Source: Octopus sinensis
Lineage: Eukaryota
Direction: 5' to 3'
Length of the DNA: 64,000 nt
Assembly: GCF_006345805.1 (NCBI RefSeq)
Contig: NC_042998.1
Location: forward strand, 25,110,001 to 25,174,000
Shown here piece by piece: positions 51,652 through 64,000 of the stretch (position 1 is the stretch's first letter; each line of letters begins with the position of its first letter). The notes beneath the pieces were generated by a model. It saw only the letters and a list, made by a program, of their open reading frames with translations, had not been told where the DNA came from and did not search any database. The translations under genes were made by a program, and so were the position numbers.

Positions 51652-52037
51652 ATGGTGGAAGCACTCCGTCGGTTACGACGATGAGGGTTCCGGTTGATCC
51701 GATCAACGGAACAGCCTGCTCATGAAATTAACATGTAAGTGGATGAGCACTCCACAGACACGTGTACCCTTAACGTAGTTCTCGGGGATATTCAGCGTGA
51801 CACAGAGAGTGACAAGGCCGGCCCTTTGAAATACAGGTACAACAGAAACAGGAAGTAAGAGTGAGAGAAAGTTGTGGTGAAAGAGTACAGCAGGGATCAC
51901 CACCATCCCTGCCGGAGCCTCGTGGAGCTTTGGGTGTTTTCGCCCAATAAACACTCACAACGCCTGGTCTGGGAATCGAAACCGTGATCCTACGACCGCG
52001 AGTCCGCTGCCCTAACCACTGGGCCATTGTGCCTCCT
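51652..52037 (-). mobile_element. SINE family E (same head as C, unrelated tail)
   Basis: Second copy at 62370-62740, tail fragment at ~57925-57990. Confidence 0.8.
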
Positions 52038-52901
52038 AGTTAAATAATATTGTCTTAGTTACTGCCAAAATGCATCAGATGGTCATGGCTGGATTGCCAT
52101 TGATCATTACTATGCTCAGTTACGGTTGAGCTGGAGCTAGTGACAGTATTGTCTGAAATATCAGGCTTTACTGCTAAGCAACATTTCTCGTTCTATTTCA
52201 CAGAACCACTTAAACATTGGCGCAAACACACTTGTATTAATTTTGATGCCATTTATTTCAAAGAACAATGAAAATATTTTCAGATTTCCATTGGTCGCCA
52301 GAAACTAATCTCCATATTGATTATTGTTAATTTTGTAACAGTAAGATACAGGCAGGTGGAATCCATGTTTCAGTTTCAATTCCCTATTGGAGCTGCTTCA
52401 ATTACATCACTAATGACTCTAGCAGTGACGTGGATGCCTCAACAGCCGACCACCACTTACAAATTATTGATATTACCTAATTGATAAATTATTTGATAGC
52501 TTTAACACCATCTCTGTCATCTGATTGCTAATATATTTGATAGATTAGTTATACTAGCACAGTGGCTACAGCTTTAACAGTTATCATTCCATTAATATTG
52601 GTTAAGCTTTAGTAAATTTACAAAGGCAGTCAGTCCTATTGATAATTATACAAAATATTTTGTTCATTAATGTTCTGACACATTAAGAAGAGACCTAATA
52701 TTTGTAGAGTGATGGCTAAGTGCTTAGCTATGCATTTAATGGACATGTTACTATTTTAACAAGGCAATTGTGCAAAGATTTAAAATTCATACAGATCTTA
52801 GTCAATTGCTTTATAAAACAATTTCTGGTTTCAAAATATTTTTTTAATATTTATTCTTTTTAAAGCATTAGTTAGTATATGTGCAGGCAAAGTCATGTAG
52901 T

Positions 52902-53208
52902 AGTGGAGGCACATGGCCGAGTGATTAGAGCAGCAGACTCGTAGTCAAGGGATCGCGGGTTCAAATCTCAGACGGGCGATGTGTGTGTTTATGAGCAAAA
53001 CACCTAAGCTCCATGCGGCTCTGGCAGAAGGTAATGGCGAACTTCTGTTGACTCTTTCGCCACAACGTTCTCTCGCTCTTTCCTCCTGCTGCATCTTGCA
53101 GCTCACCTGTGACAGACCGGCGTCCCATCCAGATGGGGAACCTATACGCCAAGGAAACCGGGAAACCGGCCCTTATGAGTCAGGCGTGGCTCGAGAAGGA
53201 ACAACAAT
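52902..53208 (+). mobile_element. SINE family C
   Basis: Full homology to 6143-6450. Confidence 0.8.
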
Positions 53209-54503
53209 AAAGTCTTGTAGTTAATAAGTTTGACTTGCAACTGTGTTAGTCATGTGTTCAATCCTATGGCACAGCACCAGGAGCAAGGATCTTTAACCAT
53301 AGCCTTGCACTGATGAATACAGTGTGAATAGAATTTGGTAGAAAGAAACTGTACAGAAACCTGCTCTGTATGTGTGAGTGTGTGTATGTGTGGGTGTATT
53401 AAGCTTGTTTCAGTCATTTGACTGCAGCCATGCTGGAGCACCGCCTTTAGTCGAGCAAATCGACCCCAGGACTTATTCATTGGAAGCCTAGTACTTATCC
53501 TGTCGGTCTCTTAGGCCGAACTGCTAAGTTACGGGGATGTAAACACACCAGCATCTGTTGTCAAGCAATGTTGGGGGGACAAACACAGACACACAAGCAT
53601 ATACACACACATGTGTGTTTATGCACCACTGGCATGGGTGCCATTTGTGTGACACCGGAGTGCATTTATGTGCCACTGGCATGGGTGCCAATTTGTGTGA
53701 CACCAGTATATGCCATGACTGTAATTTTGCTCACCTTGATGGGTCTTCTTCTCCAGCATGGCATAATACCAATGGTCTTGTTCATTCAATTCTATATCTA
53801 AGAAATGAGGAATTATGTACATATGGTGTAGTGGTTAAGAGCACTGGCTTCTAACCACCAGATTCTGAGTTTGATTCCAGGTAGTGAACTGAATAATAAT
53901 AGTAATAATAATAATATAATAATAATAATAATAATAATAATGATAATTATAATAATAATAATAAATGCCCTGATGCAGTACCAGGCAATGGCTCTCATGG
54001 CTTCTGATCTTAACTGATTGGAAGTGTTATCATGTACATTGTTTTGTCTTGGTATAAAAGATGGGCTACAGCAAATATTCTGCTCAATGCCACAGATTTG
54101 CTTGTCAGTTGTTTGACCGTAACCAGTTGAGCATGCCCCTTAGTGGCTGACAATATGTGCATCTCTGATCATGAGCAGAAGTAGTGGGGGAGCATCATAG
54201 CCATGTCTTGAGAGGAATTCTTTGGGGTTTGAATAATTCACCTCTGGAAACATGGGTGTTTCGTTCAACATCCTTAAACAACCCTTATTCAGGGACCTTT
54301 TGTGTGGGATGGGCTACTCGACCTGAAGAAAATTCTAACTGGGCCCCACCTGCAAGGTCATGCGCTGTCTATCTTTATATAAGATCATGTGATGCATGTG
54401 CCTGGTGTACCCTTATCAGACGGGTAGTTATGATGGGTATACTGGGCTTCGTATATTTTACCCCAGTGTCACTTTGATGGCATGCACTGCTCTCTCACTC
54501 AAT

Positions 54504-54556
<53 letters not shown>

Positions 54557-54609
54557 CAGCAAAAAATACCTTAGGAATGAGAACTCAGGTTCAAAATTTC
54601 CCCAAGACG

Positions 54610-54644
<35 letters not shown>

Positions 54645-54852
54645 ACAATTGAGGGTAAAATTAATTAGTTATTAATCAATTTCACCAAGTATTCAGTATG
54701 TAAAAGGACCATTTAAGGCGAATTCAAAATATTACATTATATAATTAGGGCTTAGTAAAATAAATTACTTTGCCACATACTGAACTTGCTAGAAATAGAA
54801 GCCAAAAAAAGTTTTTTTGCCATTTCCACAACTTAAAGAAAATTTCTCCCAG

Positions 54853-54909
<57 letters not shown>

Positions 54910-55175
54910 CATACATACATATAAATACACATACACACATACACAGATGCACACAAGCACACACACACACATGTATGTATCCATGTTTGTGACTGTGTAT
55001 ATGTGTTTGATACAACACTACTGGTTAAAAAGTAGTGTCTTGTCAAAAATACTAGCATAGAGCCGTTTGATAAATTTAGATACATGTTAAGCATCAAACT
55101 GAAATAGATACTAAAAGCTATGAAGTTGGGGCTCCAGCTTGGTCACAGTTCAATTACTGAAACCAGTAAATGAAT

Positions 55176-55762
55176 AAATTCGGAATGCTCACAGCAGCCA
55201 TATTCCTACCGCTCTATGTCACGCTGGTGAGACCCATATTGGAGTACGGGATTCAAGCCTCTTCTCCTTATCTCCTCAAAGACATACAGCATCTCGAAAG
55301 AGTCCAGAAGCTGGCTACCCGCATGGTTCATGGTCTCAGAATTTGTCTTATGAAGAAAGGCTGAAGATGCTCGACCTTTATTCTCTAGAAAAACACCACC
55401 GCCGTGGTGATCTCATTCTCGCTCACAACATCATAAGCAGAAAGTGTAACCTCTCGAAAGAGCTGTTCTTCACTCCTGCTCCAGAGCGTCGGCTGCGGTG
55501 TCACTCCGAAAACCTCTATCTGCGATGATTTCATCTCAATCGAAGGAGAGGGGCTTTCTCCGTCCGGGTTGCGGATCCGTGGAACAAGCTGCAAGATGAG
55601 ATGGTGAAGATGCCGACGACCACTTTGTTCAAAGTCTCCCTTGATCTCAAGTGGCCTGAACTCTTTACATGAACACCACCCTGTACATAACTCCATGTCC
55701 CCCTACATGGCCTTGCTTTTTGCTTTTTGAGCCAAAATATTAACTAACTAACTAACTAACTA
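55176..55762 (+). mobile_element. CR1-clade LINE, 3' fragment (RT C-terminus, 3' UTR, (TAAC)n tail), frameshifted
   Basis: Translates to LYVTLVRPILEYGIQASSPYLLKDIQHLERVQKLATRMV...LSYEERLKMLDLYSLE..RRGDLI...FSVRVADPWNKL; (TAAC)n at 55741-55762. Confidence 0.9.
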
Positions 55763-56109
55763 AATGTATGGAAACATCTCTGTTTATAATTAACATTGCT
55801 GTGAAATTATATTCCTTTGAGTCATTTTTTGTTTGTTTTTGGTAATTTAGGATAATGATCAGATTAATAATTAGATTGTTATTTTAGAATTAATCAGGAT
55901 TTACTAATGTGTCTTTCACAAGATTTACTGCATTAGTTACCAAATCTGAAGCTATCAAAGAGATCTTTTAAAAGATAACAAGAATGTTCTTAGGCTCAAA
56001 ACTCATTTACATAATGGTGCAAGGCTGATAATCCAACAATAGTTACTAGATCACCGATGACAGATGGCTCTGCCATCTATAAATTTGTTGGCATTAAGTT
56101 ATGACATAA

Positions 56110-56485
56110 TCCTTTCCACTATAGGCACAAGGCCTGAAATTTGGGGGAGCGGGATAATCGATTACATCAACTTCAGTGTTTTGCTGGTACTTAATTTATC
56201 GACCCCAAAAGGATGAATGGCAAAGTCGACCTCGGGGGAATTTGAACTCTCAGCATGGTGACAGGCAAAATACTGCTAAGCATTTCATCGTTAGCATGCC
56301 GGGTGAAATTCTTAGCAGTATTTCGTCTGTTTTTACATCCTGATTTAAATTCCATCAAGATCGACTTCACCTTTCATCCTTTCAGGGTCGATAAATTAAG
56401 TACCAGTTGCATACTGGTGTCGATCTAATCAATTGGCCCCGCCCTCCCGCAAAATTTCGGGCTTTGTGCCTAGAGTAGAAAAGAA
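56110..56485. mobile_element. Inverted (head-to-head) pair of SINE family B copies
   Basis: Minus copy ~56110-56287 directly abuts plus copy ~56288-56485. Confidence 0.8.
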
Positions 56486-56749
56486 TACACACACAGATAG
56501 CATTGAATACAAGTTGAAATAGATATGAATAAAAATAAATGGAAAAACATTCCAAAAATTGTGTGCTTTTTCATGAAATCAATATTGTATTTTAGAGAGT
56601 GATAGTTCCTGAATAGAATAACAGGGTTTATTTGGGTGAGAGTTTATGATGGTCAGCAGAAGGAAGGTTAGGGGCCAGATCACAGTGACATCTATAATAC
56701 TGTAGAGGTAAAAACAAACCTACAAACATATATGTGTCAACTTACATGC

Positions 56750-57195
56750 ACATACACACACATAGATATACGTAATGGCGGTGCCCCAGCATGGCCACAG
56801 CTCGTGAGCTGAAACTAGATACACACACCCAAACACACACATACGCACACATACAAACACCCACTTACACACATACACACACAGATACATACAAACACAC
56901 ATACGCAAACACACACACAAACACACATACACATACACACACACACACGCAAACACACACATAAACACACACACATACACACACATACACACTCATACAC
57001 ATACACATACACACTCATACACATACACACACATGCATATACACACACACACTCAAACACACACATATACACATACACACACACATGCACATACACACAC
57101 AAACATATACACGTACACTCATACGAATACACACACACAAACACACACAAACACACACACACCACACACACACACCACACACACACACACACACA
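56750..57195. repeat. Degenerate (CA)n microsatellite
   Basis: Directly visible. Confidence 0.93.
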
Positions 57196-57403
57196 CAGTA
57201 CTGAACACAAATTGAGATAAGTCAAAATAAATATCCAAATATTAGCAAACAGAATGAAAGGAAGGAAAGCGATATACAAATTGTATACCGTTTCATGAGA
57301 TGAACTTTGCTTTTACAATAGCACTTCCTGAAAATAATAATAGAGTTTAATTAATAGCGACAGAAGCAGAATTAATACCATTAAATAATATTTATCTTCC
57401 ACT

Positions 57404-57822
57404 AAGGCGGCGAACTGGCGGAATCGTTAGCATGCTGGGCAAAATGCTCAGCAGTATTTCGTCTGCCGTTATGTTCTGAGTTCAAATTCCGCCAAGGTCA
57501 ACTTTGTCTTTCCTCCTCTCAGGGTCGATAAATTAAGTACCAGTTGCATTTTAGGGTCAATCTAATTGACTGGAAACCCTCCCCAAGAATTTCTAGGCCT
57601 TGTGCCTAGAGTAGAAAAGAATCGTTAGCATGCTTAGTGGTATTTCGTCTGCCGTTATGTTCTGAGTTCAAATTCTGCCAAGGGTGACTTTGCCTTTCAT
57701 CCTTTCGGGGTCGATTAAATAAGTACCAATCATGCACTGGGTTTGATGTAATCAACTTAATCCTTTTGTCTGTCCTTGTTTGTTCCTTCTATGTTTAGCC
57801 CCCTGTGGGCAATAAAGAAATA
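57404..57822 (+). mobile_element. Two SINE family B copies in tandem with different tails
   Basis: Homology to both tail variants. Confidence 0.8.
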
Positions 57823-58106
57823 AATATTTACGTTCTTCTACAAGTTGTGTTAGAACATAGAATACAGCACTGTTTAACATGAGAGAACCTCTCACATGGA
57901 CTGGTGGCGCTTGAAAGTATTTGTGTCAATATGAGTTGTACCTGTATTTCAAAGGGCCGGCCTTGTCACACTCTGTGTCATGCTGAATCTCCCATACACA
58001 CAAACATATGTCCACACACACACACACATGTCCATAAATACATACTAACATACATATATATATATATATATATATAATATATATATATATGAACACACAC
58101 ATATAT

Positions 58107-58518
58107 AGGTGCAGGAGTGTCTGTGTGGTAAGTAGCTTGCTTACCAACCACATGGTTCCGGGTTCAGTCCCACTGCGTGGCACCTTGGCCAAGTGTCTTC
58201 TACTATAGCCTCGGGCCGACCAAAACCTTGTGAGTGGATTTGGTAGACGGAAACTGAAAGAAGCCTGTCGTATATATACATATATATGTATATAAATATG
58301 TGTGTTTGTGTGTCTGTGTTTGTCCCCCCAACATCGCTTGACAACCGATGCTGGTATGTTTACGTCCCCGTTACTTAGCAGTTTGGCAAAAGAGACCGAT
58401 AGAATAAGTACTAGGCTTACAAAGAATAAGTCCTGGGGTCGATTTGCTTGACTAAAAGGCGGTGCTCCAGCATGGCCACAGTCAAATGACTGAAACAAGT
58501 AAAAGAGTAAAAGAGAGT
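58107..58518 (+). mobile_element. SINE family A
   Basis: Full length. Partial A copies also near 13180, 20185, 21990, 24258, 25341, 25995, 26400, 27225, 36100, 38070, 40790 and 53400. Confidence 0.88.
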
Positions 58519-58739
58519 ATATATATATATATATATATGTATTTCTTTGTGTGCGAATGTGTGTTTATATACACACATATATATATTAATGTTTGTCTTT
58601 ATGTTCAGTTGTAATAGAAACAATTTCACATTAATCTAATGGCTTGCTTTGTATGTTTGTAGAGTACAAATTATTCTCAAACAAGAATATTATTGATGGT
58701 GACTTCAAAATTTCAGCCAGCTAAGCTATATTTGGACAG

Positions 58740-58899
58740 ATATTCATGCGTGTGTATTTACATCTGTGTGTATGCATGCGTTTGTATGTTTGTATATGTA
58801 TACATGTTTAGTAGAAATATATATATATATATATATATGTATATTATACATGCAAACGTACATACCAACATATCCACATCTACATATATGCATATATGC

Positions 58900-58942
<43 letters not shown>

Positions 58943-59166
58943 CATGCATACATACATACATACATACATACATACATGCATATATGCATACACACATCTA
59001 TATATATAAATATATATATACATACACACACATATACATACATACATATATATGTATATATACATGCATATATATATATATATATGTATATTCATTTATA
59101 TATATGTATGTATATGTATATGTATGTGTATATATACATGCATATACATACATACATACATTTATA

Positions 59167-59210
<44 letters not shown>

Positions 59211-59236
59211 TATATATATACATACATATATATTAT

Positions 59237-59291
<55 letters not shown>

Positions 59292-59370
59292 TATTATATA
59301 CATCTATGTGTATATATATGCGTATATATATATACGTATGTGTTTATGTGTGTATGTATATTTAAACATA
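58740..59370. repeat. Compound (TA)n/(TACA)n microsatellite
   Basis: Directly visible. Confidence 0.95.
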
Positions 59371-60521
59371 TCATATGCGTGAGTATATAGTCTATAAATA
59401 TTTATCTAAGAATACATATACACACACACATATAGATTTGTGCTGTGTGCATCTATGCTGATCATTGTGTGCCCCACTAATTCATCAGCATATTACACAG
59501 ATGTTTAAACAGGCGCGCACATATATATCTGCCTGTTTTCTCACTCGGCTCAAAAATCAATATCTTACAAAGGTATCTTGTCCTATTCCTCTTGTTTCAT
59601 TCTTTTCATTGAGGAATGATCTAATAATATTTGCCACTTCTCTGAACCCAATTCATGCATAGCAACTACCTCCCCCACATACTACAGTCTATCTGTGTTA
59701 GCAAGCCATAAATAAGGGAGATGACTCCATGCTAACCAAGAAAAGCTTAAAAGCTAAACATTGATTTTCTATTCGTTTTTGCCGTTTCATTTCCTCAAAA
59801 GACATTTTTCGGATTTAAGGTTCAGGAGGCTTAAAATTGTGAAGAAATATGCCAAGCCAGCTGCCATTTTGTTTCAAGGTGTTAAATTTATCTACTAGAA
59901 GCAAAAGCTTTTTGAACAAGTCATCGTTTCCCCTCTAATTGTCACAGCAAATACAAGTCATGTATTTTTATTTAGTAGTATGGAGGAAAATTCTGTCTTA
60001 TAAATCTTTTATGCTGATTATTTTCTCTCTCTAATATTAATCTAAAAGATTCATTTCCATGGAAATCCTCTGACATCTGTTTTTAATACTGAACCTATTC
60101 TTATTGGCTTGCTCATAAATATTCAACATTCAGATAATGTTATTCATATGTGTGTATGTATATATATATATAGATATATTTCTTTAAAAATTTTAAAAAT
60201 TATGTCATTTTAAGGAAAGGAAAAAAAAATTTTTCCAATATTCTCCAGACATTTTGACACAAATATATATATTTTTTAACATTTAAGCCTTCTGTCGTTT
60301 TTTCACACTTTACTATTTTCTTATATATAGATATATATATATATATATATAAAATTATAAATTAGGGTATCTACGAGATTCCACCATGCTGAAAATAGCA
60401 GCCATGATCTGACTCTAAAACCACCTTAGTTGTCCATATATCAACACGGAGAGAAAACAAAGAGACAAGATGAAACTAGTAAAAAATTACTGGATAATTC
60501 TAGATCCTGGATTTCTGACTT

Positions 60522-60581
<60 letters not shown>

Positions 60582-60582
<1 letters not shown>

Positions 60583-60758
60583 AATTCAGCAAAAATTTAG
60601 ATTCAAATGAATATGGTACTTAATTTAGATGCACCAGAATTTTGTATGGTGTTATCCATAAAAATCCGTGGGATGATTATAATCAAAATAAGCAACAAGA
60701 ATGATCGTACCAAATTACCAAATTACCAGAGTCATTCTTGTTGCTTATTTTGATTATA
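60582..60758. mobile_element. Foldback element in (TA)n, same family as 24733-24993
   Basis: Same ~96-bp tail; arms 60678-60704 and 60732-60758 end at the same ...GCTTATTTTGATTATA boundary. Confidence 0.65.
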
Positions 60759-60819
60759 TATATATATAGACATACGTGTGGGGTGGAGTGGTTGTGTGGA
60801 TACATGGTGCAGTGAATAC

Positions 60820-61510
60820 ACAGTCGTCTAAATTACACAAAAGTGAAAATAACACTGACATCTCATTTTAACAGATATATTTACCAAAATTACATAGAAA
60901 TATCTTGAAATACTAAAGAGTAAATTTATTCAATAAATTCGCCATTGGTTTCAACCATGGCCTCCAGACGACTTTGGAATGTCCAGCAACTCTTCTGGAC
61001 ACTCTCCTTGTTTAAGTTGGTCAATGCTGCCATAATCCTTGCCTTCAGTTCATCTTTGGTGTTACAAGGAGTTTTGTTGGTCTCTCGCTCCACTGTACCC
61101 GACACATAATAATCAAGGGGGCGGCAGTCTGGGGAGTTAGGTGGCCAAATATTAGGGGTGATGTAGTCACAGAAATTGTCTGACGGCCATGACTGGGTTC
61201 TCTTCTTGTGTGGTATGGTGCAGAGTCATGTTACGAGACATAGGATCTTCCAGTAGCCAGGGCAACACTATCTCCGACAGGCACTTGATGTAGGCCTCCG
61301 TGCTGAGTGTGAGGCCATGTGGGAAGATGAATGGTGGCATAATGTCACCATCACTAGTGATCACTCTCAACACATGTCCTCAGGTTGATTGCACTATCTT
61401 CAGATTGACACCCAAACACTCTGAAATATTCATATTGGAGCTTCCGGTGTGAATGCCAAGCCATATAGCATGTCGTTTCAAAATTTCTGGCAGTGTGAAT
61501 TGCATCATGG
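60820..61510 (-). mobile_element. maT (DD37D) mariner-like transposase pseudogene fragment
   Basis: VITSDGDIMPPFIFPHGL...EAYIKCL...WPPNSP..PLDYYV..VERETNKTPCNTKDELKARIMAA...GEFIE* (stop at 60926); spacing to the PLD aspartate is consistent with DD37D, though the DSAP region is frameshifted. Confidence 0.8.
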
Positions 61511-61673
61511 TGATGTTTATCTCACAGACAGTGCCCAACTGACCCTACTATACTGTGTAGTGAACAAAATCAAAACTAAACAATGTGCATGCATGAAATT
61601 AAAAATATATAATGGCAACAATTTACCCATTGCATCCTGTGCATACATGTACATGTTTGTGTATGCATATATA

Positions 61674-62249
61674 CACAGACATGCAGGAAGTAAACACACC
61701 TTTAATTTTCAAAATCTTTCATTTGATATTAATTGGTTGAAGGAGAGGTTTTCTTCTAGCTGCTCGTCCATAATACCCAAGCTTATGCAGATATGTAACA
61801 CACGTTCTTGGACTAACTTCTAGCTGTTTTGCAACGTCAGAAGCCTTCGAACAGGGTTCGTTTTCCACAATTCTCTTCAAACAGCATAGCTTCTTTTCTG
61901 AAGGCCCAGGTTGGCTGGGATGAGAGTCTGTTGATTCTTTTCCTTGACTTTTGAATTGCACTATAATTTTATTTACAGTAGCAAAAGGAATTTGAAGATT
62001 TTCAGTAATTTTTCGCTGGCTAAGATCAGCCTCAGATTGCCCAACAATATGACCTCTTTGAAAATCTGATAGTTCTGCTGAATTTTTTGTGTGTGGCATG
62101 ATTTCTCTTCAAAAATGTTTAATATAATTGCACCTGGAATAAAAAGGAATAATTACAATGTAAATTCTACACTACTGAAAACATTTTAAGATGCTTAGAT
62201 CAGAAATTTGGAAAATTAAAGGTGTCTATTTACTTCCTGCATGTCTGTG
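61674..62249 (-). mobile_element. Tc1-family transposon, internally deleted, with both TIRs and TA target duplication
   Basis: ~42-bp TIRs CACAGACATGCAGGAAGTAAA..CACCTTTAATTTTC, TA at 61672-61673 and 62250-62251; no DDE domain. Confidence 0.9.
61719..62099 (-). pseudogene. Truncated Tc1 transposase, N-terminal DNA-binding region only (126 aa)
   Basis: ELSDFQRGHIVG..LSQRKI..L.IPFATVNKII and YYGRAARRKPLL motifs typical of Tc1/Tc3 HTH regions. Confidence 0.8.
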
Positions 62250-62369
62250 TATATGTATGTATAAATTTATATACATATATCACATATATTCACAATATTA
62301 AATATGCATCAAACATAACAATTTTCACTTACTTCCCATTGCCATTTAAGCCTTATATTATGGCACCCC

Positions 62370-62740
62370 ATCAATTATGATGATGAGGGTTCCAGTTCTG
62401 ATCAACAGAACAGCCTGCTCGTGAAATTAACATGCAAGTGGCTGAGCACTCCACAGACACGTGTACCCTTAATGTAATTCTCAGGGGAGATTCAGCATGA
62501 CACAGAGTGTGACAAAGCTGGCCCCTTTGAAATACAGGTACAACAGAAACAGGAAGAAAGAGCGAGAGAAAGTTATGGTGAAAGAATACAGCAGGGATCA
62601 CCACCAGCCCCTGCCGGAGCCTCATGGAGCTTTAGGTGTTTTCGCTCAATAAACACTCACAACGCTCGGTCTAGGAATCAAAACTGCGATCCTACAACCA
62701 CGAGTCCATTGCCATTGGATTCACTGGGCCATTGCACCTC
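62370..62740 (-). mobile_element. SINE family E
   Basis: Homology to 51652-52037. Confidence 0.8.
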
Positions 62741-62771
62741 CACAAGCCTTATATAAACTATATAAGAATCA

Positions 62772-63182
62772 AAAGGTGGCGAGCTGGCAGAACCGTTAGC
62801 ACGCCGGGCGAAATGCGTAGCCGTATTTCGTCTGCCGTTACGTTCTGAGTTCAAATTCCGCCAAGGTCGACTTTGCCTTTCATCCTTTCTGGGTCGATAA
62901 ATAAAGTACCAGTTTCGCACTGGGGTCGATGTAATCGACTTAATCCCTTTATCTGTCCTTGTTTGTCCTTTCTGTGTTTAGCCCCTTATGGGTAGTAAAG
63001 AAATAAGTATTCCATCTGCCAATATGTTCTGAGTTCAAATTCCGCCAAGGTCGACTTTGCCTTTCATCCTTTCTAGGTCGATAAATAAAGTACCAGTTTC
63101 GCACTGGGGTCGATGTAATCGACTTAATCCCTTTATCTGTCCTTGTTTGTCCCCTCTATGTTTAGCCCCTTGTGGACAATAA
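62772..63182 (+). mobile_element. SINE family B dimer
   Basis: Junction ~63006; TSD TATATAAGAATCAA. Confidence 0.88.
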
Positions 63183-64000
63183 AGAAATATATATAAGAAT
63201 CAATGGTTGTGTCATTATTGACTGTTGGGCAGAGAAAGAATATTCCCAGTGATATGAACCAGCGTATCAGTTTCATAAAAAGCTTTTTTCATTTTTGTTT
63301 TACCATTAATACTTTTAGAAGAAGCAGCATGGACATTAGAATTTCCAATTTTTCTTTTTCTATAAATCTGAGACTTTGTGTCTTTGTAAGAAATCAATAT
63401 CTCTTATCTGTTTAGTTGTTTCTTGGTTATTGCCGCCTTGATTTCTTTTCTAGTTTTCAGTTTATTTTCTATGTGTTAATTCAATAATTCGTTAATAAAA
63501 CATCCTCTTTTAATTGCAGGGCTTCAAAATGATGACATAAGAATTTTACAACTGAGGAGATTAATTAAATTTTCTGTAGCATTCTATATACCTAAATTAA
63601 AATTAATGATTAAAATCACTTAGATAAAGCTTAGCTTTTTTTTGTTTGTTTTTTATTTTCTCTTAGCTATAAATAGAATAAAGATATATGAATGAAAAAC
63701 AGGTATTTATGATACTTGCCTTAGCTAATAGATGTTTTCAACTACTGACAGAGGTTTGAGTGAATTAGCCTTGGCTGCCAGTGTCTGGATAGTCTTTGAG
63801 AATAACCAGAACTTTTTATATTTCATCTGTTTAGGGTGGAAGGACTAAGAAAGAGAAGTGCTGTTTAGGATATACGCTAGCTATTTAATGCAAAATGATT
63901 AAGACAAACCAATTTACCTAATGAATAATAGGCAGGAAAATTGATTGGTTGGTCATTGAGACATGATAGAAGTAACATGTTAGTAATGGTTACGATCAGA

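Noticed and set aside
52100-52270. Short open frame containing KHWRKHTCINF, reminiscent of astacin/tolloid RHWEKHTCVTF
   Set aside because: Flanking residues do not match, the frame stops soon after and no donor site fits; treated as coincidence unless BLAST shows otherwise.
53943-54505. ~550-bp island between (AAT)n tracts, examined for an HDV-like ribozyme at its 5' end
   Set aside because: Could not build P1/P2 pairings. Probably a retroposon, but it has one copy in this window so its class is unsupported.

Overview
AT-rich eukaryotic non-coding DNA, either intergenic or deep inside a large intron. The repeat content suggests an octopus-type cephalopod genome; this is an inference from the SINE families and microsatellite load, not a database result. 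No host protein-coding gene can be called with confidence, and almost all ORFs in the supplied track are translations of microsatellites or SINEs. The window holds about 60 SINE copies or fragments from 4-5 families (most tRNA-headed), decayed LINE fragments (CR1, CR1/L2-group, RTE, RTE-X, R4-like), DNA transposon relics (an internally deleted Tc1 with TIRs, a maT/DD37D fragment, hAT-, piggyBac- and Helentron-like non-autonomous elements) and many microsatellites. The main discovery is a set of short non-coding elements, unrelated in sequence, that sit in or next to (TA)n tracts, usually form an asymmetric foldback, and carry type I hammerhead ribozyme motifs. The best case (9854-11410) is a young array of a 453-bp unit with three intact hammerheads in tandem and inverted orientation, resembling a retrozyme or non-autonomous Penelope-like element able to release ~450-nt monomer or circular RNAs. 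Secondary findings are a covarying 3' stem-loop shared by a SINE and its likely partner LINE, and SINE multimers with a fixed junction and microhomology-primed target duplications. Repeat boundaries are read by eye and are approximate (about 10 bp) unless exact motifs are quoted.
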